Shown here one piece after another: positions 30,963 through 41,500 of a stretch of 64,000 bases of DNA; position 1 is the first letter of the stretch, and each line of letters starts with the position of its first letter. Below the pieces are notes generated by a model. It had not been told where the DNA came from. It saw only the letters and a list, made by a program, of their open reading frames with translations, and ran no database searches. The stretch covers positions 4,736,001-4,800,000 of the forward strand of contig OZ242320.1 of assembly GCA_965208125.1 (NCBI GenBank), read 5' to 3'. A program made the position numbers and the translations under genes. Source of the DNA: Candidatus Latescibacterota bacterium (lineage in GTDB: Bacteria > Latescibacterota > UBA2968).

Positions 30963-32096
30963 GTGAAAGCAATCGGTCTCATGTCTGGAACTTCTGCCGA
31001 TGGGGTGGATGCCGCGCTTGTGGAGATCGATGAATCTGGTCTGTCTCTGCTCGGATATGTCGAGGTGCCTTTTCCCAAAGATGTCAGAAGGGCGATTTTG
31101 TCGCTTTGCGAAAATGGGCAGGTCGATGCAATATGCCGCATGGATGCCGCACTTGGAGAGTGGTTTGCAGAGGCTGCATTGCGCGTATGCGAGAAGGCCA
31201 ATGTCAGTGCTGGAGAAGTCGATGTGATTGGATCGCACGGGCAGACGATTCACCATTTGCCCGCGCTTGCTGTTGTTGCTGATAAAAAGGTGAGATCAAC
31301 GCTGCAAATTGGCAATTCCTCGGTAATTGCAGAGCGCACGGGAATCACGACGGTATCGGATTTTCGGTCGCGGGATATGGCTGTGGGCGGACAGGGAGCA
31401 CCTCTCGTCCCTCTGGTGGATTATCTGTTGTTTCGGTCCGAATACGCTGGACGCGCGATGCTCAATATCGGTGGTATCGCCAACGTCAATATATTGCCTG
31501 CAAACTGTGAAGTGTCAGATATTTTCGCGTTTGATACGGGGCCTGGCAATATGATTATCGATGGGGTTGTGCAGGCAATAACGGACGGCAAACAGAGTTT
31601 CGATAGGGATGGAGTGCTTGCGGACAAAGGTCAGGTGTGTGAGGATCTGTTGGAGGTGCTTATGGCGCATCCTTTTTTCGATATGGAACCGCCCAAATCA
31701 ACGGGGCGCGAGGATTTTGGAGCCGATATGGTTCAGAAAATTCTCGATTGGAAGGAAAAAGAGGAAGATCTCGTGCGTACGGCAGTGCAGTTCACGGTGG
31801 AAAGCATTGTGCAGGGATTGAAACGATTTGTTTTGCCCAGATGTAAAATCCACGAGGTGATTGCAAGTGGGGGCGGCACCAGGAATCCCGTTATGATGGA
31901 TCTTTTGGATCAGGCGTTGGAAAATATCACATTCAAGCGATTAGATGATCTGGGAATAGCATCAGACGCAAAAGAGGCCATTGCGTTTGCGATTCTTGCT
32001 TATCATACTGTGAATGGGCGCCCGGGCAATGTGCCGAGTGTAACCGGTGCTGATAAACAGGTGGTGTTAGGCTCTATTACACCAGGTGAAATGTAG
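30963..32096 (+). CDS. anmK: Anhydro-N-acetylmuramic acid kinase
   Basis: IGLMSGTSADGVD, GSHGQT, DFRSRDMAVGGQGAPL, NIGGIAN, FDTGPGN, KEAIAFA. Confidence 0.95.
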   Translation: MKAIGLMSGTSADGVDAALVEIDESGLSLLGYVEVPFPKDVRRAILSLCENGQVDAICRMDAALGEWFAEAALRVCEKANVSAGEVDVIGSHGQTIHHLPALAVVADKKVRSTLQIGNSSVIAERTGITTVSDFRSRDMAVGGQGAPLVPLVDYLLFRSEYAGRAMLNIGGIANVNILPANCEVSDIFAFDTGPGNMIIDGVVQAITDGKQSFDRDGVLADKGQVCEDLLEVLMAHPFFDMEPPKSTGREDFGADMVQKILDWKEKEEDLVRTAVQFTVESIVQGLKRFVLPRCKIHEVIASGGGTRNPVMMDLLDQALENITFKRLDDLGIASDAKEAIAFAILAYHTVNGRPGNVPSVTGADKQVVLGSITPGEM

Positions 32097-32221
32097 CCCA
32101 ACTATCCACCACAGAGTCGTTATGAGCGTTGTTGAATTGATGATACTGGCGCAGTTGTACCCTGTTCCGTATATTTCTTTGTTACATTGCCGATTGTACG
32201 CGGATGATTCGAGGAAAGGCT

Positions 32222-33045
32222 ATGGTTTTTGACATCTTACTCATTGCAACAGGCGTGGCATACATCACCAGTGCGCTGAGTTATGCGTTGCACTTTCACC
32301 AGCCCAAAGCGCACTGGCGCGTTCTCAGCACCTGGGGAATATGGGGGGCCTGGTGTATGCACACTGTGCTTTTGGTCTTTATTACAATTTCTGCTGGTGA
32401 GGTGCCTTTGACCAGTCAGGTTTTGCCGTCGCTGTGTGCCTGGCTGGTCACAGTTGTTTATATTTATCTCGAAGTGAGTACGCGAGACCGGTCTTTGGGC
32501 GTGCTGATTGTGCCTATTGTGGTGGTTTTGCACGTTTTGACGCTTACAAAATTACTGGGTACTGAGGATATTCAGGTCACGGGATATAGCGGCGGATGGT
32601 TTGAACTGCATGTGCTGGCTTATGGCCTTGCGTACACGGCTTTTGCGATTTCCTGTGTTGGAGGCGTGATGTATCTGATGCTTTTAAGCGAAATTCAGGC
32701 CAAGCATTTTGGTTTTTTTTATTCCCGTCTGCCTTCACTCGAGGTGCTGAATCAGATTACTAACCGCGCTGCCACCTTTGGATTTGTATTTTTGACGGGT
32801 GGGACTGTTGCCAGTTCGGTGTGGGCATTTCAACATCTTTCGCAGTTTTCTATATGGCGCGAGCCGGTATTTTTACCCGTTTTGATTGCGTGGGTCATCT
32901 ATGCGGGCAATCTCGCAGCGCGGTGGTGGGGCGGCTGGCAGGGCAAGCGGGCGGCGTTTTTGTCTATCATGGGTTTTGTTCTCGTTATTCTGGCATTTCC
33001 GTGGTGGGCGTTCTCTTTTCTGGTCCCCACAATTTAGGGCCTTAA
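32222..33045 (+). CDS. Cytochrome c assembly (CcsA/HemX-like) membrane protein; probable frameshift near the 3' end
   Basis: LHVLAY, LPSLEVL, GWQGKRAA motifs. Annotated frame stops at 33037; a shifted frame gives VVGVLFSGPHNLGP* ending 33045. Confidence 0.78.
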
Positions 33046-33048
33046 GCC

Positions 33049-33672
33049 ATGCGCTATCCCGTGTTTTTAAAATTGGAAGATAAATTGTGTGTTGTGGTTG
33101 GCGCGGGTCGCATTGCCGAACGCAGAGTGCGCGGGCTGTGCGATGCAAAGGCACAGGTTCGAGTTGTGGGTATAACCGCGACCGAGGGCATTCTGAAATT
33201 GGCCGATGAAGGTACAGTCCATCTCTGTCAACGGGCATTTGAGCCGAGCGATTTGGACGGTAGCACGCTCGTGATTGCCGCTACTGATCAGGCAGATGTC
33301 AATCGGGCGGTACAGGCGGCGGCGAAATGCCGAGCGACTTTGTTTTGCGGTGCGGATCGACATACAGATAGCGATTTTATTGTGCCCGCGGTTGTGCGGC
33401 GTGGCGACTTACAGGTAGCGATTTCCACCGGGGGCAAAAGTCCTGCTTATGCCAGGCTGTTGAGCCGGGAAATTGAGGCTTTTTTGGATGATGGACAGTT
33501 ACTGGATTTGATGGCGGATTTGAGGCGTAGAGTTTATGCGCGATTCCCCAACGCGCCAGAGCGTCGGCAAGCGTTCTGGCAACAGTTGGTGACAGATGAT
33601 ACGCTTGCCCTGGCGCGCAAGGGCAAGTGGGCTGAAATTGAGGAGCGGATTGAAGTATGTCTATCGTCGTAA
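33049..33672 (+). CDS. Precorrin-2 dehydrogenase/sirohydrochlorin ferrochelatase (CysG N-terminal/Met8-like)
   Basis: YPVFLKL, VVGAGRIAERR, DFIVPAVVRRGDLQVAISTGGKSP. Confidence 0.9.
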   Translation: MRYPVFLKLEDKLCVVVGAGRIAERRVRGLCDAKAQVRVVGITATEGILKLADEGTVHLCQRAFEPSDLDGSTLVIAATDQADVNRAVQAAAKCRATLFCGADRHTDSDFIVPAVVRRGDLQVAISTGGKSPAYARLLSREIEAFLDDGQLLDLMADLRRRVYARFPNAPERRQAFWQQLVTDDTLALARKGKWAEIEERIEVCLSS

Positions 33673-34949
33673 TTGGGCTGAGTTACCGCACGGCACCTGT
33701 TGAAATTCGAGATGGGGTCGCGGTATTGCCCCAGGCTCTGGATGCGGTTCTCCAATACTTTTCCAGCGTGCCCGAAATTGTCGAATGCGCGGTTTTATCG
33801 ACGTGCAATCGCTCGGAAGTCTATTGCATTGCGACGGATATTCACGCTGCTCGTGCGGCTGTGATCGCGGGTTGGAGCGAGCAAAGTGGATTGGATGCCG
33901 ACGCGCTGGGACAGCATACGTTTGTCTATCGCGATGCGGAAGCCGTGTGCCATCTTTTCAGGGTCGCCTGTGGGCTGGATTCTATGATAATGGGCGAGCC
34001 GCAAATTGCCGGTCAGGTGAAAGAGGCCGGGGCTGCAGCACTATCTATGGGAACGAGCAAAGCCGTGCTGAATCGATTATTTCGCGCTGCGACTGAGGTT
34101 TCAAAGCGAGCGCGTACGGAAACGGAGATTGCAACGGGTGCCGTTTCCGTCAGTTTTGCAGCAGTGGAACTCGCAAAGAAAATTTTCGGCAATCTCGAAG
34201 GGCGTACAGCCCTGGTGCTCGGCGCTGGCGAGATGAGTGAATTGACGGCGCGACACCTCGCCGATAATGGGGTGAAGTCTTTGTTGGTGACGAGTCGCAC
34301 GTTAGCACGGGCACAAAATTTGGCAATGCGCGTAGGCGGTCGCGCCATTTCCTGGGACGATGGGATAGGCAATTTACATGGAGCAGATGTTGTTATCAGT
34401 TCTACGAGCGCGGAAACTTATGTTCTGGAACGCCACCATGTGGCAGCCGCGATGCAAAGGCGCAATAATCGCTCGATGTTTTTGATTGATATTGCCATGC
34501 CGCGCGATATCGATCCGGTAGTTGGCGATTTGTACAATGTGTTTTTGTATGACCTCGACGATCTGGAGTCTGTTGTTGGTGCGAATTTGGAGAAGCGAAA
34601 AATTGAAGCAGATAAAGTCAGTGTAATTATAGAAGAAGAGGTGGCGAACTTCTCTGCGTGGATAAATTCCCTATCGGTTGTTCCTGCAATTGTGGCTCTG
34701 CGTGGGCATTTTCAATCTTTTATGGATTCGGAACTCGCACAGGCCAGGCTCAGTGAGTTTTCAGACGAGCAACGCGCTCAAGTTGCCAATTTGATGCGTC
34801 GATTTATGAATAAGGTGCTGCACAAACCGGTGACGCGTCTCAGAGAGGCTGGCGAGGAAGAAGATGGTGGGGCTTATGTGGCGGCGCTTTCATATTTGTT
34901 TGATCTGGTGGTTGAGGACATAGAGACTGAAAAGGTACACGACTCATGA
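33657..34949 (+). CDS. hemA: Glutamyl-tRNA reductase
   Basis: LSTCNRSE, GLDSMIMGEPQIAGQVK, GAGEMS, DIAMPRDID. Confidence 0.96.
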   Translation: MSIVVIGLSYRTAPVEIRDGVAVLPQALDAVLQYFSSVPEIVECAVLSTCNRSEVYCIATDIHAARAAVIAGWSEQSGLDADALGQHTFVYRDAEAVCHLFRVACGLDSMIMGEPQIAGQVKEAGAAALSMGTSKAVLNRLFRAATEVSKRARTETEIATGAVSVSFAAVELAKKIFGNLEGRTALVLGAGEMSELTARHLADNGVKSLLVTSRTLARAQNLAMRVGGRAISWDDGIGNLHGADVVISSTSAETYVLERHHVAAAMQRRNNRSMFLIDIAMPRDIDPVVGDLYNVFLYDLDDLESVVGANLEKRKIEADKVSVIIEEEVANFSAWINSLSVVPAIVALRGHFQSFMDSELAQARLSEFSDEQRAQVANLMRRFMNKVLHKPVTRLREAGEEEDGGAYVAALSYLFDLVVEDIETEKVHDS

Positions 34950-35878
34950 AGGTGGTTATTGGCAGTCGGGGCAGTGCGCTGGCTTTGTGGCAGGCCAATT
35001 GGGCAAAGAGAAAACTGGCGAGCGCATATCCCGATCTCAGTATTGAGATTGAAGTGATTAAAACGGAGGGAGACCGCCTGTCGGAAACACCTGTGTCTCA
35101 AATTGGTGGCAAAGAGGTATGGACAAAGGAGATTGAGCACGCGCTGCTGTCGGGCAGCATTGATCTGGCGGTTCACAGTTTGAAAGATTTGCCGACCAGG
35201 TTGCCAGAGGGATTGGTTTTGGGCGCGGTGAGTGCGCGCGAAGATGTGCGCGATGTGCTGGTCAGCAAAAATAATCGGGCGTTTTGGGATTTGCCAGAGG
35301 GTGCGACGGTTGCAACAGGCAGTTTGCGGAGACAGGCACAGTTGAAACACGCGCGCCCTGATTTGAATTTTGTGGCGATTCGGGGAAATGTAGATACGCG
35401 CGTCAAAAAGCTCGAAACGGAAAATTTGGATGGTATTATTTTAGCCGCAGCGGGTTTGAAGCGGTTGGGATTGGGAGATCGCATTGCGGATTTTATCGAT
35501 CCGGATATCTGTTTGCCCGCGCCCGGGCAGGCCGCGCTGGGGATAGAAATACGAGAAGGGGATGAGCGGATTACAGATCTCGTCGGCGTTTTGAATTGCG
35601 TTGAAACGCAGCAAGCCGTTACGGCAGAGCGCGCGATGCTGGCGGCATTGGGAGGAGACTGTAGCGTTCCAATTGGTGGATACGCAGCCGTTGACAAGGT
35701 TTCTGTGGTCGTTCTAATGCTGTCGGGCGTCGTTGCAACACCGGATGGCCGTCAGGTAATATCAAAGAAGATAGAAGGACAGGCATCATCTGCCGAGCAG
35801 TTGGGCGTGCGCGTTGCAAAGGGGTTGATCGAGCAGGGTGCGGGGGAGATTTTGGATCGGGATGGGAGGATGCGGTGA
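34946..35878 (+). CDS. hemC: Hydroxymethylbilane synthase (porphobilinogen deaminase)
   Basis: GSRGSALALWQ, AVHSLKDLP, IRGNVDTR, GGDCSVP. Confidence 0.96.
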   Translation: MKVVIGSRGSALALWQANWAKRKLASAYPDLSIEIEVIKTEGDRLSETPVSQIGGKEVWTKEIEHALLSGSIDLAVHSLKDLPTRLPEGLVLGAVSAREDVRDVLVSKNNRAFWDLPEGATVATGSLRRQAQLKHARPDLNFVAIRGNVDTRVKKLETENLDGIILAAAGLKRLGLGDRIADFIDPDICLPAPGQAALGIEIREGDERITDLVGVLNCVETQQAVTAERAMLAALGGDCSVPIGGYAAVDKVSVVVLMLSGVVATPDGRQVISKKIEGQASSAEQLGVRVAKGLIEQGAGEILDRDGRMR

Positions 35879-37959
35879 GCGAATTTGAACCGCCTGCCTA
35901 CGATGCCAGGGCATTCTGGAGGCAGGTGAAACGCGACATTTCGGGGCTGGTGTTGCCGGAGAATGTGTCGGATCCAAAGCGTGAGGCGGCCGCCTGGCAT
36001 GCGTGGCATGCCTATCTGGCAGGCAGGACCCAACCGACGTGGCATTTCGATTCGGAACGGTTCGGTGACGCCATGCGAACGCACTGGCCGGGGTTGGCAC
36101 GGGTCTGGATTGAAGAGTCGGATCGGCTGATTGATGGAAAAATGGTGTACGGGGAATCCACGGTGCCTTATGTGCCGGGGGTCGGACTGGATTGGAGCGC
36201 GAATCCAGATCGGACGATGAACTGGGGTGGGTTGCATTATATGTTTTTTCTCAGATGGCCGATTCGGGCGGCGATGTTGACCGGCGAGGGGAAATATGTG
36301 CGGGCGGTTGCGGACTGCGTGCAGAGCTATCTCGACCAGATCGATGATATTCGCGACGAGGCGATGGTGTTGAACCGGGGGATGAAGGCGGGGGGAATTT
36401 ATGCGGTTTGGAATACGTTGTCCGTCGGGTTGAAGCTGAAGGCTCTGGGCGAGGCGCTGTATGCGTTGCGTACCCATCCAGCGTGGTCAGTGGCGGATTG
36501 TCGGGCCGCGTCCATTCTGATCTGGCGCCTGGCGCAGCATCTGCATGGGCAGGTGGCTTCACAGACCGCAGTAGAGTGGCAACAGCAGCTAAATTTCATT
36601 GCTTCGGGCAGCGGTGGAATGGGCGGTGTCGGCGCGTTGCTCCCGGAATGGGATGCTGCAGAGGGTTGGCTGGAGACGGGGCGGCAGATTCAGGAAGTGT
36701 TGCTTTTGAACCAGGTGTATCCGGATGGTTTTCAGAAGGAAATCTGCACGCAATATCACAAGACGGTCATCCGGTCATTTGCAACTCTGCAGATGATTCT
36801 GGCCCGTCGCGGGCTACCCAGCTTCTACGATACCGAGCCTTTTCGAACGCGGTTTCTGGCGATGCACCGGTTTCTGGCTGAGATTCTGACGCCGGATGGT
36901 TTTACGCCAGCTATTAATTCGGCGGTGTACGCGCAGGATTGGTCCGCATTCCTGGCTTCTGGAAATACCTTCTTCAAAGACCCGGTGCTTCAGTGGCACA
37001 TCGACCGCGGGTACCATCCCCAGTTTGTGCCGGTACAGAAGGGGGGCGTGGGTTGGGGCAATACGATATTGAACGATCTGTGCGTTCCGAATCCGACAGG
37101 TGTGCAGCAAAGGGCACCTGCATCGGCTTCACACCTGTTTCCCGATTCGGGTATCGCCGTGCTTCGCGACGGATGGGACCGCGAGGCGAACGTGCTGGTT
37201 CTGGATTTCGGGCATCCGGAAGGCGGACATGCTTACGGGGCGCAGGCTTCGTTTTCAGCCTGGGTAAAGGGTCGTCCGGCGGCCCTGTCTCCGGGATCGC
37301 CATTTGCATATAGCGATCCGGATTACCGTACCTGGTATCACAGCACGCGGGGGCAGAATACGGTCTGGATTGACGAAGATGACCAGGACCTCTGGCGCCC
37401 GGGTGAAAAACGAAGAATCTGGGGGCGGTTGCTCGATTGGCGAGAGGAAGAAGGGGAGACGTATGTACGCATCTCCCACGATGGATACCTGCGCTCGAAA
37501 GGGGTGCTGCACGAACGTACGGTGCTGCTGAAAAAGGGGAGATATTTTCTGATTTACGATCTATTGGATGCCGCGGAAAGTGATGTTGGGCATACCCTCC
37601 GCTGGACGCTGCGCTGCCCAAACGAGTTGCGCGAGATAGAAAATCGCACGGTTGTAAGTACCGGTGATCCGGGTATCAGGCTGGCACCTGCGTGGTCGGC
37701 CGCGATTCGCGATGTGGAGATCGGTTGGGGACCGAGCATGGTCCCGTTGACCTATCAACCGGATATGTCGGCACAACAGGCGCAGACCTACCATGTCCGG
37801 TTCGTGCAGAAGATTGATGCCGGGGCGCAGGCGCGGTTTCTGGTGTTGGTGATCTCAGGAGAATGTCAAGACGGAGCGGTTCAAGGCGAGGTCGCTGACG
37901 GTAGAATTGAGGCCACCGTCACGGCGTGGGGAGAAACAGAGCGCATTGTTCTGAAATAA
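35875..37959 (+). CDS. Heparinase II/III-like polysaccharide lyase
   Basis: QVYPDGFQKE..QYH, FPDSGIAVLR.GW, GHAY, HSTRGQNTVWID. Confidence 0.75.
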   Translation: MSEFEPPAYDARAFWRQVKRDISGLVLPENVSDPKREAAAWHAWHAYLAGRTQPTWHFDSERFGDAMRTHWPGLARVWIEESDRLIDGKMVYGESTVPYVPGVGLDWSANPDRTMNWGGLHYMFFLRWPIRAAMLTGEGKYVRAVADCVQSYLDQIDDIRDEAMVLNRGMKAGGIYAVWNTLSVGLKLKALGEALYALRTHPAWSVADCRAASILIWRLAQHLHGQVASQTAVEWQQQLNFIASGSGGMGGVGALLPEWDAAEGWLETGRQIQEVLLLNQVYPDGFQKEICTQYHKTVIRSFATLQMILARRGLPSFYDTEPFRTRFLAMHRFLAEILTPDGFTPAINSAVYAQDWSAFLASGNTFFKDPVLQWHIDRGYHPQFVPVQKGGVGWGNTILNDLCVPNPTGVQQRAPASASHLFPDSGIAVLRDGWDREANVLVLDFGHPEGGHAYGAQASFSAWVKGRPAALSPGSPFAYSDPDYRTWYHSTRGQNTVWIDEDDQDLWRPGEKRRIWGRLLDWREEEGETYVRISHDGYLRSKGVLHERTVLLKKGRYFLIYDLLDAAESDVGHTLRWTLRCPNELREIENRTVVSTGDPGIRLAPAWSAAIRDVEIGWGPSMVPLTYQPDMSAQQAQTYHVRFVQKIDAGAQARFLVLVISGECQDGAVQGEVADGRIEATVTAWGETERIVLK

Positions 37960-37987
37960 TACCCATTAGATGCCCTTGTATTTTTCT

Positions 37988-38016
37988 TTGACTCTCAAAT
38001 TTACCAACATTATATT
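37988..38016 (+). promoter_or_regulatory. Sigma70-type promoter at the head of the modular-protein array
   Basis: TTGACT-17 bp-TATATT. Confidence 0.65.
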
Positions 38017-38091
38017 CTCTGCAAACGTTTCTGTCAGATTATATTCTATGTATTGCAAACGTTGCTACCAAATTATATTCTATGCATTGCA
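38009..38091. repeat. Three degenerate direct repeats ATTATATTCT...TGCA overlapping the promoter
   Basis: Copies start at 38009, 38038, 38072. Confidence 0.75.
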
Positions 38092-38159
38092 GGGGGCATC
38101 GTCCCCATCATCCGCAACGCTACGTTGTCGCTGTATCCTACAAGGGAGGGATACAGAAC

Positions 38160-38519
38160 ATGATACACAGGCCAACACCGAATCTGTCCATCCTCATAAA
38201 TTGTCTTAAGTTTTACAAAAACAGTACTTTACCCCCCCCCCCCCCCCCCCCGAATTTTTCAAAATCGACATCACAGTTAGATACGCCCGCCGTACTCGCT
38301 TTCCCAGTCGTTCCTTTCCTCACAGACAAACTTCCTTTCTTTTCCAAATTCTTTTCGATACTCGCCCTGACATTGCTTGTATTTGCAGGGCAGGTGTCTG
38401 CACAGCGTTTGTCGCTCACGCATGATGTTACGGACGGCACAGCAGGTATCAAACTCTATCAAGGAGGAATCCATGTGGTTCATGAAGTCTATAAATTGGA
38501 GCGTGATAACCGCTCTTAA
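38160..38519 (+). pseudogene. 5' remnant of a secreted-protein gene with a poly-C tract, fused to the head of gene A
   Basis: RBS GGGAGGG; poly-Pro from C20, then signal peptide FSILALTLLVFAGQVSA|QRL...; sequence switches to the shared AACTCTATCAAGGAGGAATCC module at ~38451. Confidence 0.55.
38232..38251. repeat. C20 homopolymer tract
   Basis: 20 consecutive C residues. Confidence 0.95.
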
Positions 38520-41500
38520 AACAGCTCTTGCCATTGTCGTATGGCTGGCGATTGGTACGGCGAAAGCAACGCCGATTATGGATCAAGTGTCGGGGCGCGT
38601 GCTGCACTTTGGTGGAACGCCTGTGGTGGATGCCCAGGTGTCCCTGTTCGATTTGACAAATCTGCGTCAGGGACCTGTAGCGCAAGCCACGACAGACGGT
38701 GCGGGTTATTTCACGCTTTCACTGGCCGGGTTGCAAAATCAGGCCGTGTTTCCCGACGGCATTGGACTGGGACAGAACTATCCCAATCCCTTTAATCCTG
38801 CCACGATCATTCCCTACCAGTTGGCAGAGGCATCGCATGTGCGGATTGAGGTGTTCAATGTGTTGGGACAACTCGTTGCGACGCTGGTGGATGCGGAGCA
38901 GGCGGCGGGGTCTCATATTGTGCGGTGGGATGCTCGGGATGCTTCGGGACGAGGTGTGGCTGCGGGGGTGTATCTCTATCGGTTTACGGTTGGTGACATA
39001 ACGCAAGTTCGCCGAATGGTTTTGCTGGACGGCAAAAAGACCCCTGCGCCAATAGGTGGGAGACAGGTTGAAGCAGTGTCCGGTGTGGTGGATGGCCTGC
39101 CCAATCCTATTTATGGTCTGGTGATTTCGGGGCAGAATATGGTCTCCCATGTGGTGTCGGATTTCCAGTTATCTGACAGCTTCATCCCGATGGATATTGT
39201 GATTGACGGGATGGAGAGCGAAAAAAGTACAAAAGTCGTAGCACAGAGCGGAATTTTAGGCGACGCAGACCTCGATGATCAAGTTAATATCGTTGATGCG
39301 TTGCTCGTAGCGGTGTACAGTGCCAATCCCACCGCGATTTCAATTTCCAGTGACGCACATGTTGATGTAAACTGCGACGGTCAAGTCGATATTGTGGATG
39401 CTTTGCTGATCGGTAAGTACAGCATCAATCAGAACGATCCTGATGTACGTCGTGACGCACCGAATATCGGCACATCTAACATTTGTTCTCCCGCGTCCCT
39501 ATCGCCTGATCCATCGACAGTGACGTTTGATACCAACGGCACATGGCATCGGTTTACGATTCAATCGAGTGAGCGGGTTATTGTGGTGGCGAATCCGAGT
39601 GGCACAACCCCGCTTGTGGAGATCAGCACCAGCGGAGGGAGCAACAATTGCCCACCCGAACAAGAGGACGATTATAGCGGCAACAACGGCGAATCCATCT
39701 ACTTGTCTGGTTGTGGTTCAGGGACAGGCACAGTGGAACTGCGTCGGGCTTCGGACAACACAGTTCTTAACACCTATACCTTTGCTATCGGTGTTCAGGC
39801 GTCCCTATCGCCTGATCCATCGACAGTGACGTTTGATACCAACGGCACATGGCATCGGTTTACGATTCAATCGAGCGAGCGGGTTATTGTGGTGGCGAAT
39901 CCGAGTGGCACGACCCCGCTTGTGGAGATCACCACCACCAGCGGAGCGCGCAACCTTTGCCCAGCCGAACAGGATGACGATTATAGCGGCAACAACGGCG
40001 AATCCATCTACTTGTCTGGTTGTGGTTCAGGGACAGGCACAGTGGAACTGCGTCGGGCTTCGGACAACACGGTTCTTAACACCTATACCTTTGCTATCGG
40101 TACTGATTCTCGTGCTTCTCAGCCGCGGGGTATCACATACGCCAACAACCGGTTCTATGTGGTTGATAGGCAGGATGATAAGGTGTATGTGTACACGAGT
40201 TCTGGCGGGCGTGTTTCGAGTGCAGACTTCAATCTGGATAGCAACAACGGTAATCCGCAGGGTATCACATACGCCAATAACAGATTCTATGTGGTTGATT
40301 GGACAGATATAAAGGTGTATGTGTACACGAGTTCTGGCGGGCGTGTTTCGAGTGCAGACTTCAATCTGGATAGCAATAACACTAATCCATCGGGTATCAC
40401 ATACGCCAACAACCGATTCTATGTGGTTGATTACGATGATGCTAAGGTGTATGTGTACAACAGTTCTGGCGGGCGTGTTTCGAGTGCAGACTTCAATCTG
40501 GCCAGTGCCAACACTACTCCGGGTGGTATCACATACGCCAACAACCGATTCTATGTGGTTGATATAGGTGATGCTAAGGTGTATGTGTACAACAGTTCTG
40601 GTCAGCGTGTTTCAAGTGCAGACTTCAATCTGGATAGCAATAACACTGATCCGAATGGTATCACTTATACCAACGACCGACTCTATGTGGCTGATAGGGA
40701 CGATGATCAGATCTATAGTTACGATGTCAGTGGAGGAGGTGGTGGTGGTGGCAGTCCAGACCTGATCGTTGAATCGCCTTCGGTCAGCGATAACACCTTG
40801 ACGACAGGACAATCCTTCACCCTACAGACAACTGTCCGTAACCAGGGCTCAGGATCGTCCGCCTCGACCACGCTATATTATTATCGCTCGTCAAACTCGA
40901 CGATTTCGCCCAGCGATACACAAGTAGGCACAGATTCGGTGAGTGGACTTTCAGCTTCTGGCACGAGTTCTGAGTCTATAAGCTTGAATGCGCCATCCAG
41001 TGCGGGTACGTATTACTACGGTGCATGTGTGGCAAGCGTCAGTGGCGAGAGCGATACAGGAAATAATTGTTCAGATGGCGTTCAGGTAACGGTCAGCAGT
41101 AGCAGTGATGATCACGGGAATAGTCGTTCTACGGCGACACAGGTATCGTCAAATAGTACGACGAATGGGCAGATTTCTCCTGTGGGCGATGTGGACTATT
41201 TTCGGGTTGACGTAAGTGGTTCTGGGACACTAACAGCTTATACGACGGGAAGTACGGATACCGAGGGCCAATTGCAGGATAGCTCAGGCAACCTCCTTGA
41301 TTCCGATGATGATACAGGCGACCTCAACTTCCGGGTTTCAGCATCGGTGAGTGCAGGGACGTACTACATCCGGGTAATCGAACATGCTAATAACGATACA
41401 GGAAGCTACACCCTGCATGTCTCTGTTACTACCTCCACTCCCTCCTCCTTCAATCTGGATAGCTCCAACGGTAATTCGAGTGGTATCACATACGCCAACA

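Noticed and set aside
38377-38472. Upstream starts from the ORF track for A, B, E, F, H and K
   Set aside because: Strong RBSs and signal peptides place the starts at MWFMKS or MSSFYR.
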